Source: a virus
IMG/VR virus record: IMGVR_UViG_3300030102_007626
Location: 32,001-96,000 of that record
Strand: one strand, 5' to 3'
DNA length: 64,000 nt
How positions within the stretch are numbered: position 1 is the first letter of the stretch; every line of letters starts with the position of its first letter. A model generated the notes under the pieces. That model had not been told where the DNA came from and did no database searches. It was given only the letters and a program-made list of their open reading frames with translations. Shown piece by piece: positions 20,508 to 31,998 of this stretch. The position numbers and the translations under genes are program-made.

Positions 20508-21293
20508 ATGGAAAGACCTTTAGGAAGAATAAAAGATTATGATAAAAGATTACCTGTACTAGAACTATACAGGTGTGTTCAATCTGAAGGGAGTAGATTT
20601 GGTAGACCAACTATAGCAGTTAGAACAACTGGATGTACACATAGGTGCTATTTTGGAGAAGAAGGAGGATGGTGTGATAGTTGGTATACTAGTATACATC
20701 CAGAAAAAGGAACATTTAATTTTAATGATATTATCAAAATATATGATGAAAATCCTCATGTAAAAGAGATGATGTTAACAGGTGGTTCACCCACAATGCA
20801 TCCTAAGTTAGTAAATGAATTAACTCATTTTGCAAATCAAAGAGACATTCTTATTACTATTGAAACTGAAGGTTCTCATTTTCTTAAAACAGATTTCCCT
20901 CTAAATCTTATTTCTTTATCTCCTAAATTTTCTAATTCTGTCCCTAAATTAGGTGCTCTAACACCTAATGGAAAAGAAACAGATGAAAGAATGATTAAAC
21001 AACATAATAAATTAAGATTAAATTATAGTGCTATTAGAAAAACATTAGATTACCATACTGATTATCATTATAAACCAGTTTGGGATGGTACTGATGAATG
21101 TTTAAAAGAAATAGAAGATTTTAGAATTAAAATGGAAATCCCTAAGCATAAAACATTTATAATGCCTGCGGGTGATACAAGAAAAGAATTAATTAAAATG
21201 TATCCTTTAGTATTTGATTTATGTGCTGAACATGGTTATAACTTAACAGGTAGGGATCATATAATAGCATTTGACACAGAACGAGGAGTATAA
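20508..21293 (+). CDS. queE: 7-carboxy-7-deazaguanine synthase (radical SAM)
   Basis: VQSEG, RTTGCTHRC...WCDS, LTGGSP, IETEG, SLSPK. Confidence 0.9.
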   Translation: MERPLGRIKDYDKRLPVLELYRCVQSEGSRFGRPTIAVRTTGCTHRCYFGEEGGWCDSWYTSIHPEKGTFNFNDIIKIYDENPHVKEMMLTGGSPTMHPKLVNELTHFANQRDILITIETEGSHFLKTDFPLNLISLSPKFSNSVPKLGALTPNGKETDERMIKQHNKLRLNYSAIRKTLDYHTDYHYKPVWDGTDECLKEIEDFRIKMEIPKHKTFIMPAGDTRKELIKMYPLVFDLCAEHGYNLTGRDHIIAFDTERGV

Positions 21294-21301
21294 AGATATA
21301 T

Positions 21302-21330
21302 TTGGATATTATTAAAAAATTTTTTATATT
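21302..21330 (+). promoter_or_regulatory. Promoter (TTGG-N19-TATATT)
   Basis: Conserved spacing. Confidence 0.5.
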
Positions 21331-21349
21331 AACATAAATAAGTTATTAA

Positions 21350-22390
21350 ATGAGCGAAAAAAATACAATCGAAAAAAAATTTGTTAAAAAATATGAATGG
21401 GTAGGTGATGTTAAATCATATAAAGAACCCGAAGACAACGAACATTCATTAAAATATAATGAACCTAATAGAGAATATGATAAAAATTATTTTCCTACAA
21501 AAAAAGATATTGAAACATTTCCCGATTTACAAAATGGACCCTCTTCACTTATTCAAGGTTCACCTGTAGAAATTCAACAAGTAGGAATTCATAACTTTAG
21601 ATTACCTTTAAGATATAAAACACGAGATAATGGTGATATAGAATTAGAAACTAAAGTAACAGGAACAGTATCACTTGAAGCACATAAAAAAGGTATTAAT
21701 ATGTCTCGTATTATGAGATCATTTTATGAATTTAAAAATGATACTTTTAGTATTGATAAGTTAGAAACAGTTTTATCTGCTTACCAAGATAAATTAAAAG
21801 CATTTGATTCTAAAATAGCACTTAAATTTTCATATCCTATTATTCAAAAATCATTAAGATCAGATAATGCTGGGTACCAATATTATGATGTTACTTTAGA
21901 GGGTGATTTAAATAAACAAGGTGAATTAAGAAAAATTATTCATTTTGATTTTGTATACTCTTCAGCTTGTCCTTGTTCTTATGAATTAGCTGAATATGCT
22001 AGAAAATATAGAAATAAAGCAACAGTATCTCATTCACAAAGATCTGTAACTAGAATATCAATTGAATTTGATGATATGGTTTGGATAGAAGAATTACAAG
22101 AAATGTGTGCTAAAGCATTACAAACTGAAACACAAGTAGTAGTAAAAAGAGAAGATGAAATGGCATTTGCTGAATTAAATGGGTCATATTTAAAGTTTGT
22201 AGAAGATGCTGCTAGATTATTATATAAACAATTAATTGATGATAAAAGAATAAAAGATTTTAGAATTATATGTTCTCACCAAGAATCCCTCCATTCACAT
22301 GATGCTATTTCAGTTATGCTAGCTCCTGATAGTAATTTTAGTGGAGATATTCCCCATGAACTGTGGTCAAGTTTAATACATATTTCTTAA
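21350..22390 (+). CDS. folE2: GTP cyclohydrolase IB
   Basis: PDLQ, IQQVGI, KGINMSR, SACPCS, HSQRS, VKREDE, FVEDAAR, ESLHSHDA. Confidence 0.92.
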   Translation: MSEKNTIEKKFVKKYEWVGDVKSYKEPEDNEHSLKYNEPNREYDKNYFPTKKDIETFPDLQNGPSSLIQGSPVEIQQVGIHNFRLPLRYKTRDNGDIELETKVTGTVSLEAHKKGINMSRIMRSFYEFKNDTFSIDKLETVLSAYQDKLKAFDSKIALKFSYPIIQKSLRSDNAGYQYYDVTLEGDLNKQGELRKIIHFDFVYSSACPCSYELAEYARKYRNKATVSHSQRSVTRISIEFDDMVWIEELQEMCAKALQTETQVVVKREDEMAFAELNGSYLKFVEDAARLLYKQLIDDKRIKDFRIICSHQESLHSHDAISVMLAPDSNFSGDIPHELWSSLIHIS

Positions 22391-22402
22391 ATTATATAAA
22401 TT

Positions 22403-22954
22403 ATGCAAAAACAAAAACAAAAACCAGAATTATCATTACAAGAAAAGTCTGATCAAATAACACAACAAGAATTAGAAAAAAAAGAAAAATATGTTCCATT
22501 TGTAAGTGAAGTTGAAGAATTTAACGCAACAATGGGTAAACCTAATAATTATGAACCAAAAATCCCTGAAAAAAAGGAGTGGCAGTTTGTATATGACTTC
22601 ATCCTTGAAGAGCTCGAAGAATATAAAGAAGCCTGTGAAACCGGAAATATTACTGAAGTTCTTGATGCTTTATGTGACATTGCCTATGTTTCGTTGGGCA
22701 ACGGCACTATGTTACATGGTCTTAAGGATCAAATATGGCCCGCGTATCAAGAAGTACAAGCAAGTAATATGTCAAAAGCTTGTATTAACGAAGAAGAGGC
22801 ACAAGAGACCGTTAGGGTACGTTCTGAAGAGCAAAAGGAACCATGTCACTATGAAAAGGTTGGAGACTATTATATCGTCTATAGAACACGTGATAAAAAA
22901 GTAATGAAAAATATAAATTATTTTAGACCAAATCTAAAACAATTTTTAAAGTAA
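22403..22954 (+). CDS. MazG-like all-alpha NTP pyrophosphohydrolase
   Basis: EELEEY...EVLDALCDIAYV...EVQASNMSK. Confidence 0.8.
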   Translation: MQKQKQKPELSLQEKSDQITQQELEKKEKYVPFVSEVEEFNATMGKPNNYEPKIPEKKEWQFVYDFILEELEEYKEACETGNITEVLDALCDIAYVSLGNGTMLHGLKDQIWPAYQEVQASNMSKACINEEEAQETVRVRSEEQKEPCHYEKVGDYYIVYRTRDKKVMKNINYFRPNLKQFLK

Positions 22955-24718
22955 ATGTATAAGAAGTGTTTTGCCGAATATAAAAGTTATAATAAATACT
23001 TGATCCACTTATGGACTGATGAGGGCTATTCAACCACAGAATGGTCCTCTCCTGCTTATATTGAATGTGATGAAAGTGAAGCGGAGTATAAAGGTCTAAA
23101 TAATGAACCATTAAAAAAGATATATAAATGGAAAAGAGATATGGATGGTCTTCATTTTCATGATATGTCACCTTATCAAAATTTTTTAATTGATAAGTAT
23201 GGAACTAATGATGAACCATCAACTACTCATAAGGAAATATTTTTTGATATAGAAATTGAAATGGGAGATGCTTTAACTCCTGAATATATCCAATCTGCAC
23301 CTAAAAAAGTTACTTCAATTGCTTGGTATTTTAAACAAGAAGATGAATGGAAAATTATAATACTAGATCCTAAACAACAAATTCAACCAACAGTAAATGG
23401 GAATAAAGAAATAATTCCTGTTTACAATGAAGAAGTATTATTATCTAAATTTCTTACTTATATGAGAGAATTAGACCCAGATATTCTTATAGGTTATAAT
23501 AGTGATTATTTTGATATTCCTTATTTATACTATAGAATTAAAAAGGTATTAGGTGAGGAAATGGTAGAGTATTTATCTCCAATCCAACAAGTTAAAGAAA
23601 AACGTAGTTTTAGAACAGGTGAAATTTATGATTCTAAACAACCTATAGAGATAGCAGGTGTTGAATCACTTGATTATATGCGTTTACATAAAAAATATAG
23701 TTGGGAAGATGAACCAAGTTGGAAGTTAGATGCATTAGGTGAAAAATATGCTGATTTAAATAAAATAGAATATAATGGTTCTTTAGATAGATTATTTGAA
23801 GAAGATATTGAAACATTTATAGAATATAACTTTCGTGATGTTGAAATTTTAGTTGAATTAGATAAAAAATTAGAATATTTAGCACTAACCAAAAACCTAT
23901 CCCATAAAGGCAAACATAACTATGGAGAAGTATACCATAATACAGTTACACAAGATGGTGCTATTTCAGCTTATTTATTATCTGAAGGTATAGTTCCACC
24001 ACCTAAGGAAAAACACCAAGAAAAGAAAAAGGGATATGCAGGTGGTTATTTATTTTGTCCTAAAGCAGGTATTTACAAATATATGTTTGATGAAGATTTA
24101 ACTTCATTATATCCTTGTATTATTATGTCTTTAAATATAGGTAAAGAAACAATGGTGGGTAGAATTATAAGTGATACTTTACCTGAAAATTTAAGATATA
24201 GACCTTATATGAATGCTGAAACAGGTTTACCTATACCTTCTAGAAATAACTATTTAGGTTTAAATGATTTAAAGAAAAAAAACCCACAAGAAAAACTTAC
24301 AATTGAAAATGCTAAAGGTAAACGTACTCAAATTGAAGTAGATGCCTTAATTAATTTAATTGAGGATATGAAAATGGCTGTATCTGCAAATGGTACATTT
24401 TTTAGAACAGACAAACAATCAGTATTATCAATTATCTTAGATAAATGGTTTAATGAAAGAGTAAAGTACAAAAATCAAATGAAAAAAGCATATAAAGCAG
24501 GTAATGCTGAATTAGGTGCTTCGTTTCATTTAAAGCAATATACAATGAAAATTTTGCTAAACAGTTTGTATGGTGCAACTGCTTTACCTTCATTTAGATA
24601 CGCAATGAATAAAGCAATATTAAGTGAAGCAATTACCTTAAGTGGTTGGAGAATTATCCAAGAATCAGCTTTAGCAGCAAATAGACATATTAATAAACTA
24701 ATGAAAACAGAAGTATAA
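22955..24718 (+). CDS. Family B DNA polymerase, N-terminal part (3'-5' exonuclease, motifs A and B)
   Basis: FDIEIE, GYNSDYFDIPY, YNFRDV, DLTSLYP, KILLNSLYG; lacks motif C. Confidence 0.9.
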   Translation: MYKKCFAEYKSYNKYLIHLWTDEGYSTTEWSSPAYIECDESEAEYKGLNNEPLKKIYKWKRDMDGLHFHDMSPYQNFLIDKYGTNDEPSTTHKEIFFDIEIEMGDALTPEYIQSAPKKVTSIAWYFKQEDEWKIIILDPKQQIQPTVNGNKEIIPVYNEEVLLSKFLTYMRELDPDILIGYNSDYFDIPYLYYRIKKVLGEEMVEYLSPIQQVKEKRSFRTGEIYDSKQPIEIAGVESLDYMRLHKKYSWEDEPSWKLDALGEKYADLNKIEYNGSLDRLFEEDIETFIEYNFRDVEILVELDKKLEYLALTKNLSHKGKHNYGEVYHNTVTQDGAISAYLLSEGIVPPPKEKHQEKKKGYAGGYLFCPKAGIYKYMFDEDLTSLYPCIIMSLNIGKETMVGRIISDTLPENLRYRPYMNAETGLPIPSRNNYLGLNDLKKKNPQEKLTIENAKGKRTQIEVDALINLIEDMKMAVSANGTFFRTDKQSVLSIILDKWFNERVKYKNQMKKAYKAGNAELGASFHLKQYTMKILLNSLYGATALPSFRYAMNKAILSEAITLSGWRIIQESALAANRHINKLMKTEV

Positions 24719-24981
24719 TGGCACTTTCACCACAATCAATTAGAAAAAATGTTCAAGTTAAATTTGATGATGTTATAGTAGATAAACAAACTATAATTGA
24801 AAGAAGTGAATCTTGGACAGAAAAACAAGAAATATTATTTAAAAAATTCCTTAAACAAGGAGGTAAATGTAAAATACAAGGTGTTAAGATAGAAGTAGTT
24901 CCACCTCATGAAGTACTTACCTCAAAAGGAGAAAAACCAAGTGGTAAAATGGTAGCACCTGGAATTGACCAAAGATTTTAA
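24718..24981 (+). CDS. Hypothetical protein between the two polymerase halves
   Basis: 87 aa; TAATG coupling with the N-terminal half. Confidence 0.6.
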   Translation: MALSPQSIRKNVQVKFDDVIVDKQTIIERSESWTEKQEILFKKFLKQGGKCKIQGVKIEVVPPHEVLTSKGEKPSGKMVAPGIDQRF

Positions 24982-24982
24982 A

Positions 24983-25915
24983 ATGAAGCATATAGAAGAC
25001 GTACCATGGATGATTTGTGATGAAGGTGATGTAAACTACTGTGCTTATGTAGACACAGATAGTAATTATTTTCATGCTGAACCTATACTAAAACACTTCT
25101 ATCCTGATTTTGATAAAATGTCTGATGAAGATAAGGATGAAAAACTTGAAAAAGTAGCCCTTAAATATCAAGATATTATTACAGATTCTTATAACACATT
25201 GGCTAAAGAATGTTTTAATGTTCCTACTCATAGACTTGAAATGAAAACTGAATGTGTAATTAGATCAGCCTATTTTAGAAAAACTAGAAGATATGCTCAA
25301 TGGATTACTAAACAAGAAGGTATAGTAAAAGAGTCACTTGATATAAAAGGCCTTGAATTTAAAAAGGCAAATTTTCCACCTGTATTAGGTAAATTTTTTA
25401 AAGACATTTTAATTAATGTTTTGAAAGGTTCTACACAAACTGACATAGATCAAAAAGTTAAAGAATTTAAAAAACAAATATTAAATGGAGAAATACCTTT
25501 AGTTAAATTAGGTAACCCAACAGGAGTAAAAACATTAAACAAATATATGGGGCGTAAACCCAAAGCAGGTGAAATGTTTACTCAAATGACTAAAGGTGCT
25601 CCTGTAAGTGCTAAAGCAGCTGCTGTGTATAATGATTTAATTAGGTTTTGGAGATTAAATACTAAACATTCTTATATAGCACAAGGTGATAAAATTAAAT
25701 ATATCTATTTAAAACCAAACCCATACCAGATAGATACATTAGGGTTTTTAGATTTTGATTTACCATCTAAAATAGAAGAGTTTATGGAAAAATATGCTGA
25801 TAGACAAAAGATATTTGATGCTATATTACTTAATAAATTAGAAGGTTTTTATGACGATTTAGGTTGGTCATTAAATTTAAACCCATATAAAGACAAGTTT
25901 TTTAATTTTAGTTAG
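24983..25915 (+). CDS. Family B DNA polymerase, C-terminal part (motif C, thumb)
   Basis: YVDTDS, RRYA, IKGLE, GDKIKYIYL. Confidence 0.9.
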   Translation: MKHIEDVPWMICDEGDVNYCAYVDTDSNYFHAEPILKHFYPDFDKMSDEDKDEKLEKVALKYQDIITDSYNTLAKECFNVPTHRLEMKTECVIRSAYFRKTRRYAQWITKQEGIVKESLDIKGLEFKKANFPPVLGKFFKDILINVLKGSTQTDIDQKVKEFKKQILNGEIPLVKLGNPTGVKTLNKYMGRKPKAGEMFTQMTKGAPVSAKAAAVYNDLIRFWRLNTKHSYIAQGDKIKYIYLKPNPYQIDTLGFLDFDLPSKIEEFMEKYADRQKIFDAILLNKLEGFYDDLGWSLNLNPYKDKFFNFS

Positions 25916-25946
25916 GTTATTTAATAAAAAGTTATTATATTTAAAT

Positions 25947-26681
25947 ATGGTTAATAAATTAGTTTTACAAAGTGTTATAAACAAATACTACCTTGGTGAG
26001 GTAGAATCTGTTAAATGGAAAATTCAAGATAAAGTCTTAACAATAGACTTTATGTCTATAAATAAAGAAGTAATAGGAAATATTACTCATACTGATATTG
26101 ATATTGAAGATAGTAATTTAGCAATCTTTGACACTAAAAAATTATTAAACCTAATAAATATCACCTCAGGTGATTTATTAATTAATCTAGAAAAAACAAA
26201 ATCTGTTTATACTAAATTATATCTTGCAGATAGTGATTTTAATTTAACTTATGCCTTATCTGATCCTTTACTTATAGCTAAACCAGGTACAGTAGATGAA
26301 CCCAAATGGGATATGGTTTTACCACTTGAAAAAGAACATGTAGATAATTTAATTAAAGCAAAATCTGCTTTAGCAGGTGTAGGTAATATGACTTTATCCC
26401 CTGATAAAGATTTAGATGGAGGTGATTTATGTGTTGTTACTTTTGGAGATGAACAAGGTCATAACAATAAAATTGTTTATAATTTGCTAGGTGACATAAG
26501 ACAAGCAGATGTAAGTATTCCATTTAATTCAGATATGTTTAAAACTATTTTAAATGCAAATAAAGATCTAGAAGATGGAACTTTATATTTAAGTTATCAA
26601 GGTTTACTTAAACTAGAATTTAAATCTGAAAACACTACAAGCACTTATTACATGATTCGTAAAGAAGAAAGTGCTTTTTGA
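25947..26681 (+). CDS. Sliding clamp (gp45/PCNA-like)
   Basis: Size, AIFDTKKLL, GLLKLEF..TYYM; next to the polymerase; clamp loader in the window. Confidence 0.65.
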   Translation: MVNKLVLQSVINKYYLGEVESVKWKIQDKVLTIDFMSINKEVIGNITHTDIDIEDSNLAIFDTKKLLNLINITSGDLLINLEKTKSVYTKLYLADSDFNLTYALSDPLLIAKPGTVDEPKWDMVLPLEKEHVDNLIKAKSALAGVGNMTLSPDKDLDGGDLCVVTFGDEQGHNNKIVYNLLGDIRQADVSIPFNSDMFKTILNANKDLEDGTLYLSYQGLLKLEFKSENTTSTYYMIRKEESAF

Positions 26682-26700
26682 TATGTATTAACAAATAACA

Positions 26701-26715
26701 TTGTAGCTAGAGCAC
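26701..26715. repeat. Left arm of an inverted repeat bracketing hsp20
   Basis: GCTAGAGCAC (26706-26715) is the reverse complement of GTGCTCTAGC (27212-27221). Confidence 0.7.
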
Positions 26716-26768
26716 AAGTTATATTTTTATAAACCCGAGCAGCTAAGGCGCTCACAAAAATTAATGAT

Positions 26769-27194
26769 ATGAGTACATTAGAATTTTATGAAAGACAACA
26801 TAGTCCTTTCGACATTTTATTCCGCAACTTTTTTAATGCGCAAGACCAATTTGCACCTGCATTAAATTCCAAACAACCACATCCATTAAATATTTTTTAT
26901 AATAGTAAAGGTCTCAATTTTGAGATTGCCTGCACTGGTTTAACTAAGAAAGATATTATAATAGATATTGAAGATGATGTATTAAAAATTAGTTATGAAA
27001 AAAATGACAAAAATGAAAATGTTCCTGAAGGGACAATTTATCATGGTTTGTCTAAAAAATCTTTTAACTTAGGGTATAAAATAGCCCCCAAATTTGATTT
27101 AGCCCAAACAGAAGCTAAACTGGAAAATGGGTTGCTTGAAGTATTTATTCCTTTAGCTGAAAGTTCAAAACCAAAATCAATTAAAATTAAGTAA
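26769..27194 (+). CDS. Small heat-shock protein (Hsp20)
   Basis: HPLNI, IACTGLTKKDI, AKLENGLLEV, PKSIKIK. Confidence 0.9.
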   Translation: MSTLEFYERQHSPFDILFRNFFNAQDQFAPALNSKQPHPLNIFYNSKGLNFEIACTGLTKKDIIIDIEDDVLKISYEKNDKNENVPEGTIYHGLSKKSFNLGYKIAPKFDLAQTEAKLENGLLEVFIPLAESSKPKSIKIK

Positions 27195-27211
27195 GTTTTA
27201 TTTAAAAAAGC

Positions 27212-27240
27212 GTGCTCTAGCGCAATTTTATTTGTACATT
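27212..27240 (+). promoter_or_regulatory. Right arm of the inverted repeat, overlapping the promoter of the groES/groEL operon
   Basis: GTGC at 27212 and TACATT at 27235 fit the 23-nt promoter offset. Confidence 0.55.
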
Positions 27241-27265
27241 TATACGAACAAATTTAAATTTAGTT

Positions 27266-27618
27266 ATGCCAAAAACTACAAAAAGAGGACGTCCCTCAAA
27301 AGACACACAAACACAAAATTCATCTTATTGTACTATAAAAGACCCATTAATGGAACCCTTTTATATTTCTAAAGATGCAACAAATTTCACTGTAATAGAA
27401 AAATCGATTTCAACTAGAGGGTTTGCTGGAAGGAAAGCAACTGGAAAAGAAGTAGAAAAAGTAGTAGGTTATTATACAAGTTTTAAAAATGCTTTAAATA
27501 AAATAGCAAAAGAAAAATTCCATAATAACCCAGGTGAATTTAGTTCAATACAAGATTATATTAATTCTTGGGATGAAGTAAAAAATGGATTAGAAACAAT
27601 GTTAAATAAAGTAGAATT

Positions 27619-27622
<4 letters not shown>
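27266..27622 (+). CDS. Hypothetical protein with N-terminal KRGRP
   Basis: 118 aa; coupled to groES. Confidence 0.65.
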
Positions 27623-29559
<1,937 letters not shown>

Positions 29560-29560
<1 letters not shown>

Positions 29561-29823
29561 TGCAGACAGAAAAAGTAGAGTATAATGAACTTATCGCAAC
29601 ACGAGTACCTCCTGGAGACCAGTGGGTGCTTGTGGGAGATAAGAAAAAAATTGTTCATAAAACAATAACTGATGCTTTAGAAGCATGGTTTGATAAAAAC
29701 CAAGAACAAGTTGAGTTTCGTTTAGCACCTCTAGATAGTAAACTCTATGTAATAAGAAGTGAGGAAAAAGAAATTATTCCTGAACCAACTAAAAGATACA
29801 ATATTTACGGGGACCCACTATAA
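29560..29823 (+). CDS. Hypothetical protein
   Basis: TAATG coupling to groEL. Confidence 0.65.
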
Positions 29824-29838
29824 TTGGTCCCTTTTTTT
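29810..29838 (+). terminator. Intrinsic terminator
   Basis: GGGACC...GGTCCC followed by T7. Confidence 0.75.
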
Positions 29839-29840
29839 AT

Positions 29841-29850
29841 ATATTTATAA
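29841..29850 (+). promoter_or_regulatory. Putative late-promoter motif ATATTTATAA
   Basis: Directly after the terminator, before the leader-bearing gene cluster. Confidence 0.55.
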
Positions 29851-29861
29851 CAAATAATTAA

Positions 29862-30713
29862 GTGGATAATTTTGATTTGAGAAAATATTTAGCTGAAAAT
29901 ATACTGTTTAAAGAAGATACTAGTGATAAAACTGCTATATTAATAGATGGTACATCATCTGCAGGAAAATCAATGGCTGCTTCATTATTAAAGGCTGTTC
30001 CTTTTTATAAAACAACAGATAAAAATCAATGGGTTCAAATAGATAGCGATATGTTTCAGGGGTTTGATAACGAAGCAGAAGAAAGAAGGTTAAAATTAGA
30101 CCATCCTAACATAAGGGATTGGGCTAAAGGTAATGAAGTGGGGATGACTTCGGGAATGTATAGAAAAGATGGTGTTGAGGATATACCAGAAAATCCTTAT
30201 GAAACAGAAAGACCATATAAAGGCGGAGACATTAGAGCTTGGTATATGGCTCAAGAATATAAAGTAGGTGGTTGGAAAAAAGTTATCTTTGATGACGTAT
30301 CTGATGATATATTAAAATATGTCCCTAATGTAAAACACGTATTATTGCATGCCCCTATTGAAATTTTGCTCCAAAACATACAAGCAAGGAAAGAAAAAGA
30401 CCCTAGAAAAATTGACATGGTGTTAGATCAATATTTAGAAAAATATAAAGCTACCCCTTCCAAACCAGATGAAAATGTAGGAGATCCAAATACCCCTTTA
30501 ACAAAAGAAGGATTAACAAAATTATTATCTCAACACACAACTGATCAAGAATATATTGATAAATTTATCAAAGAATTAGGGATTACTGGAGATGGTACTT
30601 ATTATATTAAAGCTAAAAATATAGATCCAAATAAAACAATAATAGTAAATGTAGATAAAGAGTCAAGAGCAGCAAATGTTCCTCCTGCTAAATTACAACA
30701 AATTTTTAAATAA
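29862..30713 (+). CDS. Leader (DNFDLRKYLAEN) plus P-loop kinase, chloramphenicol-phosphotransferase-like
   Basis: GTG start; ILIDGTSSAGKS Walker A, VIFDDV, LLHAP..LLQNIQAR. Confidence 0.65.
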   Translation: MDNFDLRKYLAENILFKEDTSDKTAILIDGTSSAGKSMAASLLKAVPFYKTTDKNQWVQIDSDMFQGFDNEAEERRLKLDHPNIRDWAKGNEVGMTSGMYRKDGVEDIPENPYETERPYKGGDIRAWYMAQEYKVGGWKKVIFDDVSDDILKYVPNVKHVLLHAPIEILLQNIQARKEKDPRKIDMVLDQYLEKYKATPSKPDENVGDPNTPLTKEGLTKLLSQHTTDQEYIDKFIKELGITGDGTYYIKAKNIDPNKTIIVNVDKESRAANVPPAKLQQIFK

Positions 30714-30727
30714 AAAAATAAAATAAT

Positions 30728-30991
30728 ATGGACAATTTTAATCTAAAAAAATACTTAGCTGAAAATAAACTTGACGAACCGTATATAGGTCAATTTGAAA
30801 GTAGAGCAGCAGAAAACTTAGCAAGAGCTCAAGCAAAATTTTCAAATGCTATTCTTGCTCTTAGATCAGACAATATTCGTACAGCAGAAGAAGCAGAAAA
30901 CGCATACTTAGCAATAGCTTACCATTTAAAAACTCATTTTAAAGAAAAATATCCTGATTATAGACCACACCCAACTATTGCCCAAATATGA
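30728..30991 (+). CDS. Leader-bearing hypothetical protein
   Basis: MDNFNLKKYLAENKLDE. Confidence 0.65.
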   Translation: MDNFNLKKYLAENKLDEPYIGQFESRAAENLARAQAKFSNAILALRSDNIRTAEEAENAYLAIAYHLKTHFKEKYPDYRPHPTIAQI

Positions 30992-31998
30992 AACTAATAG
31001 ACATTTTAAGAGAGGTAGAGGGTGAAGAAGATGGGATGAAGCAACTTAAGGTTCAATACGACCTTGCTATTCAACCTACAGATATACCAGCTGCATTAAA
31101 CGCTTTAGATAATATAGACAACTATGGTATCTATGCTCAAAACCTACGTGACCCAAAAGTTATAGATAAAATATTTGGTTTTTCTAATCCTGGTAAAAAA
31201 ACAGTCCAAGCTCAAACCGAATGGAATGAGATGACACCTGAAAAAAGGTTAAAAAAGATAGATCAAATAAAAAATGATAGGATTATAAAAGATCGTGAAG
31301 GGAATATTGTAAAAGATCTTGGAAAAGAAACTTGGAATAACACATTAAAACTTCTTGAAAAATATAAACCTTATCAAGAATGGGTAGAAGAAAATGGAGA
31401 TAATCCTGAAGAATATTTATCATCTTTAGATGGGGTAACAGCTGGCAGTTCAAAAGGTTTAAAATTGTTTGGAAGTAGAGCAGAAACATACTTTCCATTT
31501 AGATCCCCAGAAAACATGAAAAAGTACGCTGGTAGATTAGAAAAAGATGTCCATTTTATGGTAAAAGATGGTAAAATTGTTTTTCCATTAGAAAACAGCC
31601 CTTATAAACCAAAAGCATACTTACAAAAAGTAATGAAAACAATAATGGATAACTCAGGTTTAGAGTATGAAATTGTTGATGTTGAAAAAACAGATGATAA
31701 AGGAGAAGTAATTAAAAAACCTGAAAAAAAGGTAACACCACCTTTATCTGTAACAGCAGATACTTTAGATAAAGTTGAAAAAATTAGAAGCCAATTTCAA
31801 AAAGAAATTGGAGATGTTCCAACAGCAAACTACACAACTGAACCAGTTGAGGTAGATGGTAAAAGAAAATATAAACTAGTTGTAACAGGTATTTCACCTG
31901 ATCAAAGACAAAAATTATTAATTAAAAAAGCGTCATTAAAAGAAGGTGTAGAATTTGATTTAGATCTATATTTAATGCAAAAAAGAGCAGGATTATGA
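30988..31998 (+). CDS. Leader-bearing hypothetical protein
   Basis: MKLIDILRE N-terminus; C-terminal LMQKRAGL. Confidence 0.65.
   Translation: MKLIDILREVEGEEDGMKQLKVQYDLAIQPTDIPAALNALDNIDNYGIYAQNLRDPKVIDKIFGFSNPGKKTVQAQTEWNEMTPEKRLKKIDQIKNDRIIKDREGNIVKDLGKETWNNTLKLLEKYKPYQEWVEENGDNPEEYLSSLDGVTAGSSKGLKLFGSRAETYFPFRSPENMKKYAGRLEKDVHFMVKDGKIVFPLENSPYKPKAYLQKVMKTIMDNSGLEYEIVDVEKTDDKGEVIKKPEKKVTPPLSVTADTLDKVEKIRSQFQKEIGDVPTANYTTEPVEVDGKRKYKLVVTGISPDQRQKLLIKKASLKEGVEFDLDLYLMQKRAGL

Noticed and set aside
24660-25050. Intein or group I intron in polB
   Set aside because: No intein Cys/His-Asn termini, no homing-endonuclease motif, and the gap is fully occupied by an ordinary ORF. Splicing was not formally excluded.
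26701-27225. CIRCE operator or transposon ends around hsp20
   Set aside because: Does not match TTAGCACTC-N9-GAGTGCTAA; no transposase or target-site duplication seen.
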